From IMG/VR virus record IMGVR_UViG_3300042389_001427, positions 7,941-71,940 of that record: DNA of 64,000 bases. The stretch is one strand, 5' to 3'. Under the pieces are notes generated by a model. The model was not told the origin of the DNA and searched no databases. It saw only the letters and a program-made list of their open reading frames with translations. Source of the stretch: a virus. The position numbers and the translations under genes are program-made. The stretch's first letter is position 1, and each line of letters begins with the position of its first letter. Positions 43,657 to 53,982 of this stretch are shown piece by piece.

Positions 43657-45989
43657 ATTCTTACGATAACAACGCCGCCCCTTTTGAGTTGCTTGGACTT
43701 AACCCTGATACCGGGAGGGCCCCTAAATGCCGAGTCGGCAGCGTCGATGCAGCCCGCGCAATATACAAAACAATTAAAGATTCCGATGCGGCATCTTCTC
43801 GAAATCGAGCCCTGATTGATGCCATGTTCAACGGGGCGCCCCCTTTTAATCAAAACGATTTACTTGAATTGGGCCAGGGGGAGAGAACTAATTTAGATTT
43901 TGGGGATGCGGCATCTCTTAAAGAACAGGCGTTGGCGAGTTATTACGACTTAACAAGTTCTGTTGATGTTTTAGCCCGAGTAAAAATTGACTACGGAACC
44001 GCAGAGCAGCGCGCCGAATGGAGCCAAATCGTTTCCGAAGAGTTTCATAATACTTTGAAAGAGTGGCAGGAATTTGAAATTAATCATCAAATGCTCGCGG
44101 ACAACTTTGTATCCCACGGAGTTGGGATTTCTTATTTTGAAGACGAGACAGATTGGAGATGGAAAGTCGCGGGGCTTTCGGAGTTTAGAATCCCACGAGG
44201 AACCAAGGCCAACGAGTGGGATATTGAAGTGGCAACTGTGGAGCGCGAGTTTATGGCTCACGAACTCTATGCATTCATTAAAGACCCAAAGGTGGCTGCG
44301 GAGTTGGGGTGGAATGTCAAAATGGTTCGCCTTGCGTTAATCCATTCTTGTCGAGACGAAACTTTAGAGATGAGTGATTGGGAAAAGTTGGAGGAGCAGC
44401 TAAAAAACAACGACATTCTGTATGGGAATTCAAGAAGCAAAAAAATTCATGTCGTCCATCAATGGGTCCGAGAGTTTTCAGGGAAAGTAACGCATCTAAT
44501 TTTCTTGAAAGAATCTCTTTTTGAGGATGATAGCGACGAGGAACAATTTCTTTTTGAGAGAATAAATCGTTTTGACGCCCCTACTAACTGTTTTGTGACC
44601 TTCTGTTATGGGATCGGGAACGGGACTTACCATAGCATCCGAGGGCTTGGATTTAAAATCTACCCGTTTGTCCAGCTTCTGAACCGAATTCGATGTGGCA
44701 TGGTTGACGGGGCGTTGCTCGCATCGGCTTTGGTCGTTCAACCAAGCGATAGCGGGGCCCGCGCATTGGAAGACTTGACCCTGTCTTATTACGGGCCGTA
44801 TGCGCTATTTCCGCCGGGATTAAAAATTGTTGAGAAGGCGGTGCCCGATTATCGCCAGAATGTCCTCCCCGTGCTAGGGGATTTGAGTGTGAATCTTCAA
44901 AATCGCACTGTGGGATTTCAAGCATACGCTTCGAATTCCGAAGGCAAAGCCCGCACCGCGTATGAAGTTAGGGCCCAGCTGCAAAGAGAGGCGGTCCTAT
45001 CTAGCGCGAGCGTCAATCTTTTCTACCACCCCTGGAAACGCCTTTTGAAAGAAGTTTACCGCAGGATTTCTTCCAGAGACTATAACGCACTGCTACCGGG
45101 GGGGCGCGAAGCGGTTGAGTTTAGACGGCGTTGTTTGGCGCGCGGGGTTCCCTCCGAAGCGATCCATCGGTTTGCGAGCGTTGAACCGGTTCGCTCCATT
45201 GGATTCGGCTCGCCGGGGCTGCGGCAACTAGCGGTAGATGAGACGATGCAAGTTTTTGGCGCCCTCGACGAAGCGGGAAGAGTGAATTTGTTGCGGGATC
45301 GGATCGCAGCTCGGTTTGGGCAGGAAGTTGTGGACCGGTATCTACCCAAACCTTCGACTACTCTCCGACCGCCAATTGATGACAAAGTTGCGGTTTTGGA
45401 GAACGCTACTATGTCCACCGGAAGCCCAATTCCGGTCACCCCCGGCGAAAACCACTTTATCCACGCTGGCCGCCACCTCCAAGCGTTGGAGCAGCTTCAA
45501 GAGGGCCTTGCAAGCGGCGTTAACCCGCAAGCCGCGCTCGCGGCCCTAAATATCTTTTTGCCGCATTTGGCGGAGCATTTAGAGCGACTCGGTCCTGATG
45601 AAGTCCGCAAGGATCAAGTCGCGTTGATGCGGCAGCGCCTCCAGCAAATGGCGGCATCGAGGGACCGCCTCCAAAACGAGCTTATGGCAGCCCAAAAGAA
45701 ACAGCAGGAGGCCGAACAAGCCGAGATGACCCGAGCGATGCAGGCGGAACAAGCTCGGATTGGAGAGATGGAGCGCGAACTCGAAGCCGCCAGGGCCTTA
45801 TCCCCAGAAGCACAGCAGAAAATCTTGCAGGAAAAAGCGCGATTCGAAATGGAAGTTGAGCGCCATCAAGCAAAACTCGCCCTACAACAAGCCGAAGTAG
45901 CGCAGAAACTTCAATTGAAGGACGCCGAAACCGCCGCAAAAATCCGAAACGCGGGGCGGGCCGCAGTCCCCGAAGTTGGGAGCATATGA
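43653..45989 (+). CDS. Portal protein
   Basis: 778 aa downstream of terL; RTAYEV motif; ENHFIH; C-terminal Q/E/A coiled coil like the P22 portal barrel. Confidence 0.8.
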   Translation: MNSYDNNAAPFELLGLNPDTGRAPKCRVGSVDAARAIYKTIKDSDAASSRNRALIDAMFNGAPPFNQNDLLELGQGERTNLDFGDAASLKEQALASYYDLTSSVDVLARVKIDYGTAEQRAEWSQIVSEEFHNTLKEWQEFEINHQMLADNFVSHGVGISYFEDETDWRWKVAGLSEFRIPRGTKANEWDIEVATVEREFMAHELYAFIKDPKVAAELGWNVKMVRLALIHSCRDETLEMSDWEKLEEQLKNNDILYGNSRSKKIHVVHQWVREFSGKVTHLIFLKESLFEDDSDEEQFLFERINRFDAPTNCFVTFCYGIGNGTYHSIRGLGFKIYPFVQLLNRIRCGMVDGALLASALVVQPSDSGARALEDLTLSYYGPYALFPPGLKIVEKAVPDYRQNVLPVLGDLSVNLQNRTVGFQAYASNSEGKARTAYEVRAQLQREAVLSSASVNLFYHPWKRLLKEVYRRISSRDYNALLPGGREAVEFRRRCLARGVPSEAIHRFASVEPVRSIGFGSPGLRQLAVDETMQVFGALDEAGRVNLLRDRIAARFGQEVVDRYLPKPSTTLRPPIDDKVAVLENATMSTGSPIPVTPGENHFIHAGRHLQALEQLQEGLASGVNPQAALAALNIFLPHLAEHLERLGPDEVRKDQVALMRQRLQQMAASRDRLQNELMAAQKKQQEAEQAEMTRAMQAEQARIGEMERELEAARALSPEAQQKILQEKARFEMEVERHQAKLALQQAEVAQKLQLKDAETAAKIRNAGRAAVPEVGSI

Positions 45990-46204
45990 GAAAAAGAAAT
46001 TACGCCCGCGAGTATGCCCAATACCACGCGAAACCAGAGCAAAAGAAGCGCCGTGCAACGCGAAACGCCGCCCGAAGGAAAATGGCCCGCAAAGGCAAGG
46101 TTCGCAAAGGGGACGGGAAAGATGTCCACCATATTTCCGGGATGCACAACAAATCAAGCAACTTGCGGGTGATGCCGAGGAGTTTGAATCGCAGCATTCA
46201 ATGA
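45986..46204 (+). CDS. Small HNH endonuclease
   Basis: GDGKDVHH...N..SNLRVM...NRS. Confidence 0.8.
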   Translation: MRKRNYAREYAQYHAKPEQKKRRATRNAARRKMARKGKVRKGDGKDVHHISGMHNKSSNLRVMPRSLNRSIQ

Positions 46205-46207
46205 TTT

Positions 46208-46573
46208 ATGCTCGCGAGCTATAAGTTTAACCCATTCAACGGGGAGTTATACCCAGTCCCTAACTATGATGAGATCGGGGCGGCCCCTTTCAATGTCCCT
46301 ATTCGGAGATTGCCCACTGCTGCGGCAGCTTCTACATGGGGGCTAATCTTGGAAGATGCGGGGAGCCTTATTCTGACAAACACGAATTGGACTGTCAATG
46401 TTCCAAGTAACACTTCTGTGGATTTCCCTATAGGGACCCAAATATTGATATTGCCGGTGGACGATAATAGCGTGAAGATTTCGGCATCCTCTGGGGTTAC
46501 TTTAATAGAAGTCCCCGGCACGAATAATCAGGTTTTGATAAAAATATCATCATCTGAATGGATTGTTGCTTAA
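46208..46573 (+). CDS. Putative virion/fibre accessory protein
   Basis: YKFNPFNG; VPSNTSVDFPIGTQI; LIKISSSEWIV beta-rich module. Confidence 0.6.
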   Translation: MLASYKFNPFNGELYPVPNYDEIGAAPFNVPIRRLPTAAAASTWGLILEDAGSLILTNTNWTVNVPSNTSVDFPIGTQILILPVDDNSVKISASSGVTLIEVPGTNNQVLIKISSSEWIVA

Positions 46574-46574
46574 T

Positions 46575-48803
46575 ATGTTATCCATTAGAGGGAACTTAAA
46601 TCAAAAAAACCTTAACAAGGTGGCGCTTCAATTCGCCTCAAATGGAGCTTCAGTAATCACAGTAGAACCTTTTTTAATTTATAACTGGGCCGACGACCAA
46701 GAAATAGTCGATTTTTTTTACGGCGACGTGGAGATACTTGCCGAAGGTTGGAGGTTCCCCACTGGTGTTGAGATTAAAATGAATTATTTTGATCCAAAAT
46801 TTTATTATGAAGTCGACGGCGCTACATTTCACTCCCTGTCTACTTTTTATTTAACCGATTCAAATTTGCAAAAACTTTATTTGCAAGGAACTTCTTTTGT
46901 TGATATAGACATATCAAGAAATTCTTTAGACTATGTTGATGTTACTGGGTGCGAGTGGGTTGAATATTTTCGTGCTTCCAGTAATTTTTTAAATCACCAA
47001 AGGTTTTTGGGGCTGGATTCGCTAGGCCGCTCTGAATACACAAGCCCTGTAACTGGTTTGCCAATAAGAAGTATGAGTGTTTTGGATTTGCAGGCAAACC
47101 TTTTCTCTGAAATCCCGTATTTAGATTTACCAAATCATATGATTTGGGTTGAATATAACATTTCTGACAACAATCTTTCTGGCGCGTTTGCGCCGCCAGG
47201 ATTCGCACAAGGTTTGATTATCCCTCGGTTTTTAAATATATCGTTTAATAATTTTAATAGTGTGGATTTTGGCGCGTATTATTACGAGGATTTCGGAATT
47301 GAGCGGCCCAAGGTTTTCGACTGCTCATTTAACCCAAACCTCACTACTTTGGACGAAAATTTTTTAAACGGGGATTGGATCAACACTGTCGAAATTAAAT
47401 GCAATCATTGCCAGATCGATTCGATTGATTTCCCGCCAAGTGTAAGCGGCGCCCCGTATCAAATAAAATATTTAGATGTTTCTTATAATAACCTTAATAC
47501 GCTCGATGTTTCGTCTTTAGTAGACTTGAGATATTTGTATGCAAATAATAACTCTATTACCTCACTGGCTTACCCCGGTGAATACCCTAGAAGTTTTACG
47601 GCGACCCCCAACGCGGAACAGCCGTTAGACCCGGCGGGCAACTACGCACTTGATCAAAACGGCAATCCTTTTTGGGTCTATCTAAATACATATCGTTTGA
47701 CGGAATGCGATATTTCAACAAACTTGTTTACACAAAATCCTTTCTCTGATGGTTTCGAATGGCAAGGAGCGAACGGGTTGAGATATTTCAATATTTCAGG
47801 CAACCCGATAAGTGTTCTGGGGTTGTCTACGACTTCGTCAAACTATATTGCGAACAAAGCTAGACTCGTATCCGCCACTTTTAACAACTCTACTCGTTTA
47901 TTTAGGGCCGCAAACGGGGGCGGCTTCAGAATTAAACCTGGGGATATTGTTGTTTTTACAGGCGCTACGCTTTTAAATAATGGGTATACGCAACCGCAGA
48001 ATACGCCTTATATTGTCAATAATTACAATTATTTGGACTGGGGCAGCACGACTAGCTCTTCTACAGATTTTGTTATTGCTGACAGAATCGATGCCGTTCC
48101 TACAGATCCTAAATCTCATGCATTGAAAAACCCGGATAAATTAGATATTACGTCGGTTAATTATAGCGGCTTTAGTTTTACGATGGCTCACTACCCAGGC
48201 AGCTCTTGGAGAAGCACTCCTTTTCTTTCTAAACTTATATGCACCGATTGCCCGAACCTAACGCGAGTTTCTTTGTGGGGATTGACCGGGCTTGATTACT
48301 GCGATGTGTCCAATAACCCTAATTTGACGCAGCTATGGACGGGTCTGACCGCGGAGCACGGCGCCCCGGTTCGCCCAGCGCTCCCGATTGCGAGCGTAGC
48401 AAATTACCCGGCCTGGGAGTTCGGACCGGTGTGGCTTAAAACACTACTGGCAATTAATTGCCCAAGTTTAAGTTTGGACCGAAATCTGACGCTTTCTTTT
48501 GTGAACAAGCCTAATCCGCGATGGGATAATTTAAGTTTGCTGGACTGCAATTTGAGCAATTTGTTTTTAAACTTTAACGCGGTTTGCAGAAAAGGTTTTA
48601 ATTTTAGTTTAAACAACTTCAACTCTTCGGCATTAGGGCTAGTATTGTCTCGTTTAGGGACCCGCAGTATAGTCCCATCAACCGATCCCGGCGATACCAA
48701 CATTGTTGATGTTTCTGGCAACCCCGGCCCCTACTCTGGGTCTACTTACACTTTTGGCAAAAACCAAGCGATTAGCCGAGGCTGGCAGATTGTAGAAAAT
48801 TAA
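46575..48803 (+). CDS. Leucine-rich-repeat protein
   Basis: Multiple LxxLxxxNNxL units (YLDVSYNNLNTLDVSSLVDLRYLYANNNSIT); AT-rich. Confidence 0.8.
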   Translation: MLSIRGNLNQKNLNKVALQFASNGASVITVEPFLIYNWADDQEIVDFFYGDVEILAEGWRFPTGVEIKMNYFDPKFYYEVDGATFHSLSTFYLTDSNLQKLYLQGTSFVDIDISRNSLDYVDVTGCEWVEYFRASSNFLNHQRFLGLDSLGRSEYTSPVTGLPIRSMSVLDLQANLFSEIPYLDLPNHMIWVEYNISDNNLSGAFAPPGFAQGLIIPRFLNISFNNFNSVDFGAYYYEDFGIERPKVFDCSFNPNLTTLDENFLNGDWINTVEIKCNHCQIDSIDFPPSVSGAPYQIKYLDVSYNNLNTLDVSSLVDLRYLYANNNSITSLAYPGEYPRSFTATPNAEQPLDPAGNYALDQNGNPFWVYLNTYRLTECDISTNLFTQNPFSDGFEWQGANGLRYFNISGNPISVLGLSTTSSNYIANKARLVSATFNNSTRLFRAANGGGFRIKPGDIVVFTGATLLNNGYTQPQNTPYIVNNYNYLDWGSTTSSSTDFVIADRIDAVPTDPKSHALKNPDKLDITSVNYSGFSFTMAHYPGSSWRSTPFLSKLICTDCPNLTRVSLWGLTGLDYCDVSNNPNLTQLWTGLTAEHGAPVRPALPIASVANYPAWEFGPVWLKTLLAINCPSLSLDRNLTLSFVNKPNPRWDNLSLLDCNLSNLFLNFNAVCRKGFNFSLNNFNSSALGLVLSRLGTRSIVPSTDPGDTNIVDVSGNPGPYSGSTYTFGKNQAISRGWQIVEN

Positions 48804-48841
48804 TTTGACAGGTTACCTCAAACGCATAACCTCATAACCAT

Positions 48842-49219
48842 ATGCCCTCGTATTACACTGAAAACAACACCCCGGCGCAGATGGATACGCCGGAAAGATC
48901 GCTTCAAAAAATCAACTCTATTTTGAATGAGGCGATTCCTGTTTCGGCTTCTACTACTTCGGCAACTTCCGCTAGCCCCGCCACCGCTACTGTTGTCTTC
49001 CCTGCTAAAGCAGATAGGAAATTTTTGCTCGTCCAAAATCTGTCCGACACCGATATGTATTTAGGCATCGGAAGCACCCCCAACGCCGGCACTCCTCAAG
49101 GTATTCTTTTAGCTAAAGGCGGCGGCGGTTTTGTAGCCGAGTCTTCGATTGTTCCTAGTAGTGAAGTCCAGATTGTTTGTTCTGTGGCGAGCAAGCGGTT
49201 TCACGCAATTCAAGGATAA
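48842..49219 (+). CDS. Small beta-rich virion (spike/decoration-like) protein
   Basis: RKFLLVQNLSDTDMYLG...GILL pattern. Confidence 0.6.
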   Translation: MPSYYTENNTPAQMDTPERSLQKINSILNEAIPVSASTTSATSASPATATVVFPAKADRKFLLVQNLSDTDMYLGIGSTPNAGTPQGILLAKGGGGFVAESSIVPSSEVQIVCSVASKRFHAIQG

Positions 49220-49223
49220 TTTT

Positions 49224-51767
49224 ATGGGACTATTTTTCGGAGGAAGCGGTGGCGCGGGGAGTCAAGGAACTGGAAGCCAGGGGGCGCAGGGTTTCCAAGG
49301 AGTAGTCGGCAACCAAGGTTTCCAAGGCGCAGCCGGGACCGGAAGCCAGGGGGCGCAGGGTTTCCAAGGAGCAGTCGGCAACCAAGGTAACCAAGGTAAC
49401 CAAGGAGCGGTCGGCAACCAAGGTTTTCAAGGAAATGCCGGGACTGGAAGTCAGGGAGCGCAAGGTTTCCAAGGAAATGCCGGGACCGGAAGTCAGGGAG
49501 CGCAGGGTTTCCAAGGAAATGCCGGGACCGGAAGTCAGGGAGCGCAGGGTTTCCAAGGCGCAGTTGGCAACCAAGGTTTCCAAGGAGCGGTCGGCAACCA
49601 AGGTTTTCAAGGAAATGCCGGGACTGGAAGTCAGGGAGCGCAGGGTTTCCAAGGAGCCACCGGGGGCGGAAGCCAAGCCCCTGCCGGGGCCGGGGTAGTA
49701 ACAGTGAGCAGCGGCAGCTTTCAGACGCCGATCCCCTTCCATCATTCTCAAAGCATTGTTTATGCTATTAGCGGTGGCCCGCCGTATCAAATAAGCAATG
49801 CCTATAATGTTAGATTAAATGTCACATCAAGTGTATTTGGATCGGACGGCCCGGAAATTACTCTTTCTGATTCTGCCCCAAATGGCGCGCGCGCTCAAAT
49901 TGTAATCGGGGCTTTAAACCCAAATAATACAGTTAGGGTCACTGGCTTCGAAACTATCGTTAATAATAATAATTCGCAGGTTTCTCACGCAGGTAGTAGT
50001 TACCATTTTTTACGCTCGGGGGGAATGTGGCAGAATGTAACTTTTGAGGCTAGAGGCCCCCAAGGTAGCCAAGGTTTCCAAGGAGCCGCCGGGACCGGAA
50101 GCCAGGGGGCGCAGGGTTTCCAAGGAGCGGCCGGAACCGGAGATCAGGGAGCGCAAGGTTTCCAAGGAAATGCCGGGACCGGAAGCCAGGGGGCGCAGGG
50201 TTTCCAAGGCGCAGTTGGCAACCAAGGTTTCCAAGGAAATGCCGGGACCGGAAGCCAGGGGGCGCAGGGTTTCCAAGGCGCAGTTGGCAACCAAGGTTTC
50301 CAAGGAAATGCCGGGACCGGAAGTCAGGGAGCGCAGGGTTTCCAAGGCGCAGTTGGCAACCAAGGTTTTCAAGGAAATGCCGGGACCGGAAGTCAGGGAG
50401 CGCAGGGTTTCCAAGGCGCAGTTGGCAACCAAGGTTTCCAAGGAAATGCCGGGACTGGAAGTCAGGGAGCGCAGGGTTTCCAAGGAGCCGCCGGGACCGG
50501 AAGTCAGGGAGCGCAGGGTTTTCAGGGCGCAGTTGGCAACCAAGGTTTCCAAGGCTCTATTGGGTCGGGGAGCCAAGGTTTCCAAGGAGCCGACGGGACT
50601 GGAAGTCAGGGAGCGCAAGGTTTCCAAGGAGCCCAAGGAGCCGGCATGGCTTCTCACACTAGCACAAGTTCCATTACCCCAAGTGTAGGCAGCCGACTTT
50701 GGGTTGTGTCGGGGCCCTCTACTACATTGGCGGTTAACGACTTTGTTAGGTGTAACTGGAATGACGGCGCGGGTAGAGTGGGCTTTTTAGAGGGGCAAAT
50801 TACCACAATTAATTTTTTAAGTATAACTGTAAATTGCCTTTCTAGGACAGTAGTAAGCGGCACTACTTTCGGGAATGTTAGCAATTGGACTATCCGCCAG
50901 ATCAACCCCGCTGTAGGCGCAGAAATGATTACTTCTGGGACTTTCCCATTAGCAAGGATTCCTACGGGGTTAGCGGCGTCAACTTTTTCTAACACCGAAC
51001 CTATTACGGGGTCTACAGCTGCATCTGAACAAGCCCGAATTATTTTTAGGGACTTGGCGCCCTCCGAAACTACTTCCATTCGCCACAGATACTTCTGGTC
51101 TGACTCCGAGGGGACTGTAGATGAAGCCAACCCTGACGTGCTTGATATCAAGCCACTGCGAGGCCTAAGTTTTGCTTCGAACTATGGGTTATCGATATCT
51201 GCGAGTGAAGTTAGGGCCAGTTGGCGCACTAGTTTGGGGCTCGGCGGCGCCGCTATTGCAAATATAGGCTCCGGTGCGAGCGAGGTTTCTGCGGGCAACC
51301 ACACGCACTCTATTTATACGCGAAGAGTCGGGCCGGGGCAGATACAACATAGAGTTAACGCGACTTTCAATGCTAGCGGCTATGTTTCAGGAATAACAGC
51401 CACTTCTACACCATCAAATTTTGGGTTCTATCAAATCGCGCAAACAGGAAACTTTTTATTCAACCCGGCTGAAGTTTTCGGCGTGAACACGACATTTAGG
51501 ATTCGGCTTATGGTCCGCCGCTCCCCCGGCGCGAACGCGACTCTTCGCGTCTCTCTACGATCGAACCGAGTGGGGCGCGGAGAAGAGGGCGTTCCGGGGC
51601 TACTTGATAACGCAATAACAGGGACCAATGAGGTTGGTTCGTGGGTTTCATCAGACATCTCAACCGGAAATGGATTTTACGAAACTTACGAAATCTTTTA
51701 CTCGGTCCCCTCTGGCAATGGCGGCAGCAATATTCAAGATGCAACTTTGTGGTTTGAACAAGTTTAA
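49224..51767 (+). CDS. Collagen-like fibre protein
   Basis: Two Gly-X-Gln triplet blocks; LGLGGAA...AGNHTH fibre motif. Confidence 0.85.
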   Translation: MGLFFGGSGGAGSQGTGSQGAQGFQGVVGNQGFQGAAGTGSQGAQGFQGAVGNQGNQGNQGAVGNQGFQGNAGTGSQGAQGFQGNAGTGSQGAQGFQGNAGTGSQGAQGFQGAVGNQGFQGAVGNQGFQGNAGTGSQGAQGFQGATGGGSQAPAGAGVVTVSSGSFQTPIPFHHSQSIVYAISGGPPYQISNAYNVRLNVTSSVFGSDGPEITLSDSAPNGARAQIVIGALNPNNTVRVTGFETIVNNNNSQVSHAGSSYHFLRSGGMWQNVTFEARGPQGSQGFQGAAGTGSQGAQGFQGAAGTGDQGAQGFQGNAGTGSQGAQGFQGAVGNQGFQGNAGTGSQGAQGFQGAVGNQGFQGNAGTGSQGAQGFQGAVGNQGFQGNAGTGSQGAQGFQGAVGNQGFQGNAGTGSQGAQGFQGAAGTGSQGAQGFQGAVGNQGFQGSIGSGSQGFQGADGTGSQGAQGFQGAQGAGMASHTSTSSITPSVGSRLWVVSGPSTTLAVNDFVRCNWNDGAGRVGFLEGQITTINFLSITVNCLSRTVVSGTTFGNVSNWTIRQINPAVGAEMITSGTFPLARIPTGLAASTFSNTEPITGSTAASEQARIIFRDLAPSETTSIRHRYFWSDSEGTVDEANPDVLDIKPLRGLSFASNYGLSISASEVRASWRTSLGLGGAAIANIGSGASEVSAGNHTHSIYTRRVGPGQIQHRVNATFNASGYVSGITATSTPSNFGFYQIAQTGNFLFNPAEVFGVNTTFRIRLMVRRSPGANATLRVSLRSNRVGRGEEGVPGLLDNAITGTNEVGSWVSSDISTGNGFYETYEIFYSVPSGNGGSNIQDATLWFEQV
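49257..50645 (+). repeat. Two blocks of near-identical collagen-coding repeats (about 49257-49660 and 50054-50645)
   Basis: Recurring ggtttccaagg, ggaaatgccgggaccggaag and ggcaaccaa units. Confidence 0.9.
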
Positions 51768-51771
51768 TATT

Positions 51772-52383
51772 ATGAGTGATGACCAAATAATTGAGCAACT
51801 TGAGCCGAGTTCAGAGGAGACGCCGCAGGTTCGCTCGCAAATTTTGTATACCGACTGCCGAGAAATTTACATAGTTCGCGGAGAGGAGTTGCTTCCATCT
51901 TCTACGATTCCGATTTCAGGGGATCGTATTGTTATATACCGCCGCGTAAACGGCAAGTCATCGATTGAAGACTACCCCGCCGCCACGCTTATTTCTCGCG
52001 GATCAACTTGGGGGCCCGCAGAGGATTTTAGTGTTTCCTATGGGGATCGCATTTTTTCTTACGATCCTAGCACGGGCATTTCCGAGATTGCGATTTACTC
52101 GCCGCCCTCCGATCCGACGCCGATCGATGAAAAGCTCTTCGGAGCCGAAGAATGGCTCGCGAACCAAGGCTACTCTTCGGTGCGTCTTGTCACGCTTCTT
52201 GATCTTGAGAACCAACTTGCATCGATACTTGGAAACTCGCCAAAGCTCACGGCTGTCCGAGCTTGGATCAACGGAATCCTGGCGGCTTTTATCCAGACCC
52301 CCGCACCGAAAAACGACTGGCCGAGCGCGCCGTTTTCTTTTGAGGAAACCACCGCAGAAGCCTTTGCAGCACTTTTACAGTAA
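51772..52383 (+). CDS. Hypothetical protein (possible fibre chaperone)
   Basis: Directly downstream of the fibre gene. Confidence 0.6.
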   Translation: MSDDQIIEQLEPSSEETPQVRSQILYTDCREIYIVRGEELLPSSTIPISGDRIVIYRRVNGKSSIEDYPAATLISRGSTWGPAEDFSVSYGDRIFSYDPSTGISEIAIYSPPSDPTPIDEKLFGAEEWLANQGYSSVRLVTLLDLENQLASILGNSPKLTAVRAWINGILAAFIQTPAPKNDWPSAPFSFEETTAEAFAALLQ

Positions 52384-52398
52384 ACCTTTAGATTGATT

Positions 52399-52713
52399 AT
52401 GGACTCGGAGAGTTTTGTAGAGACAGTTTCTTTTGTTTCGAATCAGTCGGATCGATGGATGTTTGTCGCGCTGCTTGTGATCGGGTTAGTCTTTGTCTTT
52501 ATTTTGATTCGGTTTTTTATGAGCCGCTTCGATGATTTGCAGCGCCGAATCGATGACAGCCAACTCAAGTTTGATGCACAGAACGCCGAATTTATTCGGC
52601 ATCTTAAACAAAACAACGCCGAGCTATTGGAAGTCATCGCTACCGCCCATCAGACCATCTCAAAAAACACCATGATTATGGAGAGGGTCGAAAGAAAACT
52701 TGAGTCGATATGA
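52399..52713 (+). CDS. Membrane protein (holin/antiholin-like)
   Basis: One TM helix plus coiled coil in the lysis cluster. Confidence 0.6.
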   Translation: MDSESFVETVSFVSNQSDRWMFVALLVIGLVFVFILIRFFMSRFDDLQRRIDDSQLKFDAQNAEFIRHLKQNNAELLEVIATAHQTISKNTMIMERVERKLESI

Positions 52714-52928
52714 AAATATTAACCTTGCTTTTTCCTTTTTTAATGCTAGGTTGTGTCACGATCCCCATCCCGCCTTTCGGTGAAAGCCGAGGCGAGCTAG
52801 GCGATCTGCAACTAAAAGTTAGCGTGAATTATGTGCCGAAATCTCTCATTAGGAATGCTGATTCTTCTGAATTGTATGCCTGGGAGAAATTCAAACTAAC
52901 GAAACCAAAACTACTCAAAGACAAATGA
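52710..52928 (+). CDS. Lipoprotein (possible spanin component)
   Basis: MKILTLLFPFLMLGC lipobox. Confidence 0.6.
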   Translation: MKILTLLFPFLMLGCVTIPIPPFGESRGELGDLQLKVSVNYVPKSLIRNADSSELYAWEKFKLTKPKLLKDK

Positions 52929-53098
52929 AAATTCTAAACCTCCTTTTTGAAAGGCTTTCAGAGAACTCAACCTGGCGCGGGCTAATTTTGGTCGCGACAG
53001 CTCTTGGCTTGAGGATCGAGCCCGCCCTGCAGGAGCAGATTCTTGTTGCGGGGCTAGGCCTTATCGGAGTGATTAACATTCTTCGGAAGGGTAAATGA
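52925..53098 (+). CDS. Holin (57 aa; not in ORF track)
   Basis: MKILNLLFERLSENSTWRGLILVATALG...LGLIGVINILRKGK; two TM helices; ATGA overlaps on both sides. Confidence 0.75.
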   Translation: MKILNLLFERLSENSTWRGLILVATALGLRIEPALQEQILVAGLGLIGVINILRKGK

Positions 53099-53688
53099 CC
53101 CTAGAACAAATCCAAAGAATCCAGCGAAGGATCGGCGTCGTGCCGGATGGCTTCTGGGGGCCTCGGAGTCAGTCAAGGTGTCGGGAGCATTTGCTCTCCC
53201 TAATGCCCTCTCCGAATCCGTGGCCTTTTTCAACACAGGAGGGTCTTCGAGATTTTTACGGCGAGCCGGGGGATGAGACAAATTTAGTTTCGATTAATTT
53301 TCCGTTCCCGGTTTATTACGGGAGCCAGCTAGTAACGAAAAGCCGCTGCCACAAAAAGGTGGCGGGCTCTTTGCTTCGCATCCTCAAGAACTTGGGGAAC
53401 TTTGAGGGAGGGACACGAGAAATCCTTGAGCCAGTGTCTGATTTTTCGGGCATCTACAATTTCCGCAATAAGCGCGGCGGGACTCGCCTTTCGGTTCATG
53501 CTTGGGGGGCGGCAATCGATCTCGATGCGGATGACAACTCTTTTAAAGACCCGTGGCCCATCAAAGCGGATATGCCGTTTGAAGTCATGGAGGAGTTTGC
53601 CAAAGAAGGCTGGACGAGTGCCGGCGCGTTTTGGGGGTATGATGCAATGCATTTCGAAGCGTGTCGCCCGAGGACTTTTCAAAAATGA
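53095..53688 (+). CDS. Endolysin, M15 peptidase with a short peptidoglycan-binding N-terminus
   Basis: IQRRIGVVPDGFWGP; YNFR, SVHAWGAAIDL, DAMHFE. Confidence 0.88.
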   Translation: MTLEQIQRIQRRIGVVPDGFWGPRSQSRCREHLLSLMPSPNPWPFSTQEGLRDFYGEPGDETNLVSINFPFPVYYGSQLVTKSRCHKKVAGSLLRILKNLGNFEGGTREILEPVSDFSGIYNFRNKRGGTRLSVHAWGAAIDLDADDNSFKDPWPIKADMPFEVMEEFAKEGWTSAGAFWGYDAMHFEACRPRTFQK

Positions 53689-53978
53689 ACCATACAGTTG
53701 AAACTTTTAGGAAGAACGAACTTCTGCAAACCGCGCTGCAACGCACTTTGGCAGAGCCGCACATGGAAATTGCTTTGGGGCTTGTCTCCGAATTAGGGCT
53801 GCCCCGAGAGCTTGAAGCCCCGAATGGGATCGATTTCATTCACTTCAACGCCCTGCAAAACGCGCGGCGGGAGGGGTATTTTCATGCTTTGACCGCTCTC
53901 AAAAACCTTTCCATGCCGATAACAAAAGTTCCCACAACCCGCGAGCTAATGCCGAATCTCGAAGAAGAGCAGGATTAA
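53685..53978 (+). CDS. Hypothetical protein
   Basis: ATGA overlap; precedes the scaffold gene. Confidence 0.6.
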   Translation: MNHTVETFRKNELLQTALQRTLAEPHMEIALGLVSELGLPRELEAPNGIDFIHFNALQNARREGYFHALTALKNLSMPITKVPTTRELMPNLEEEQD

Positions 53979-53982
53979 ATTT

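Noticed and set aside
49230-50688. Repetitive alternative-frame ORFs (LETLRSL, EVRERRVSK)
   Set aside because: By-products of the collagen repeat DNA.
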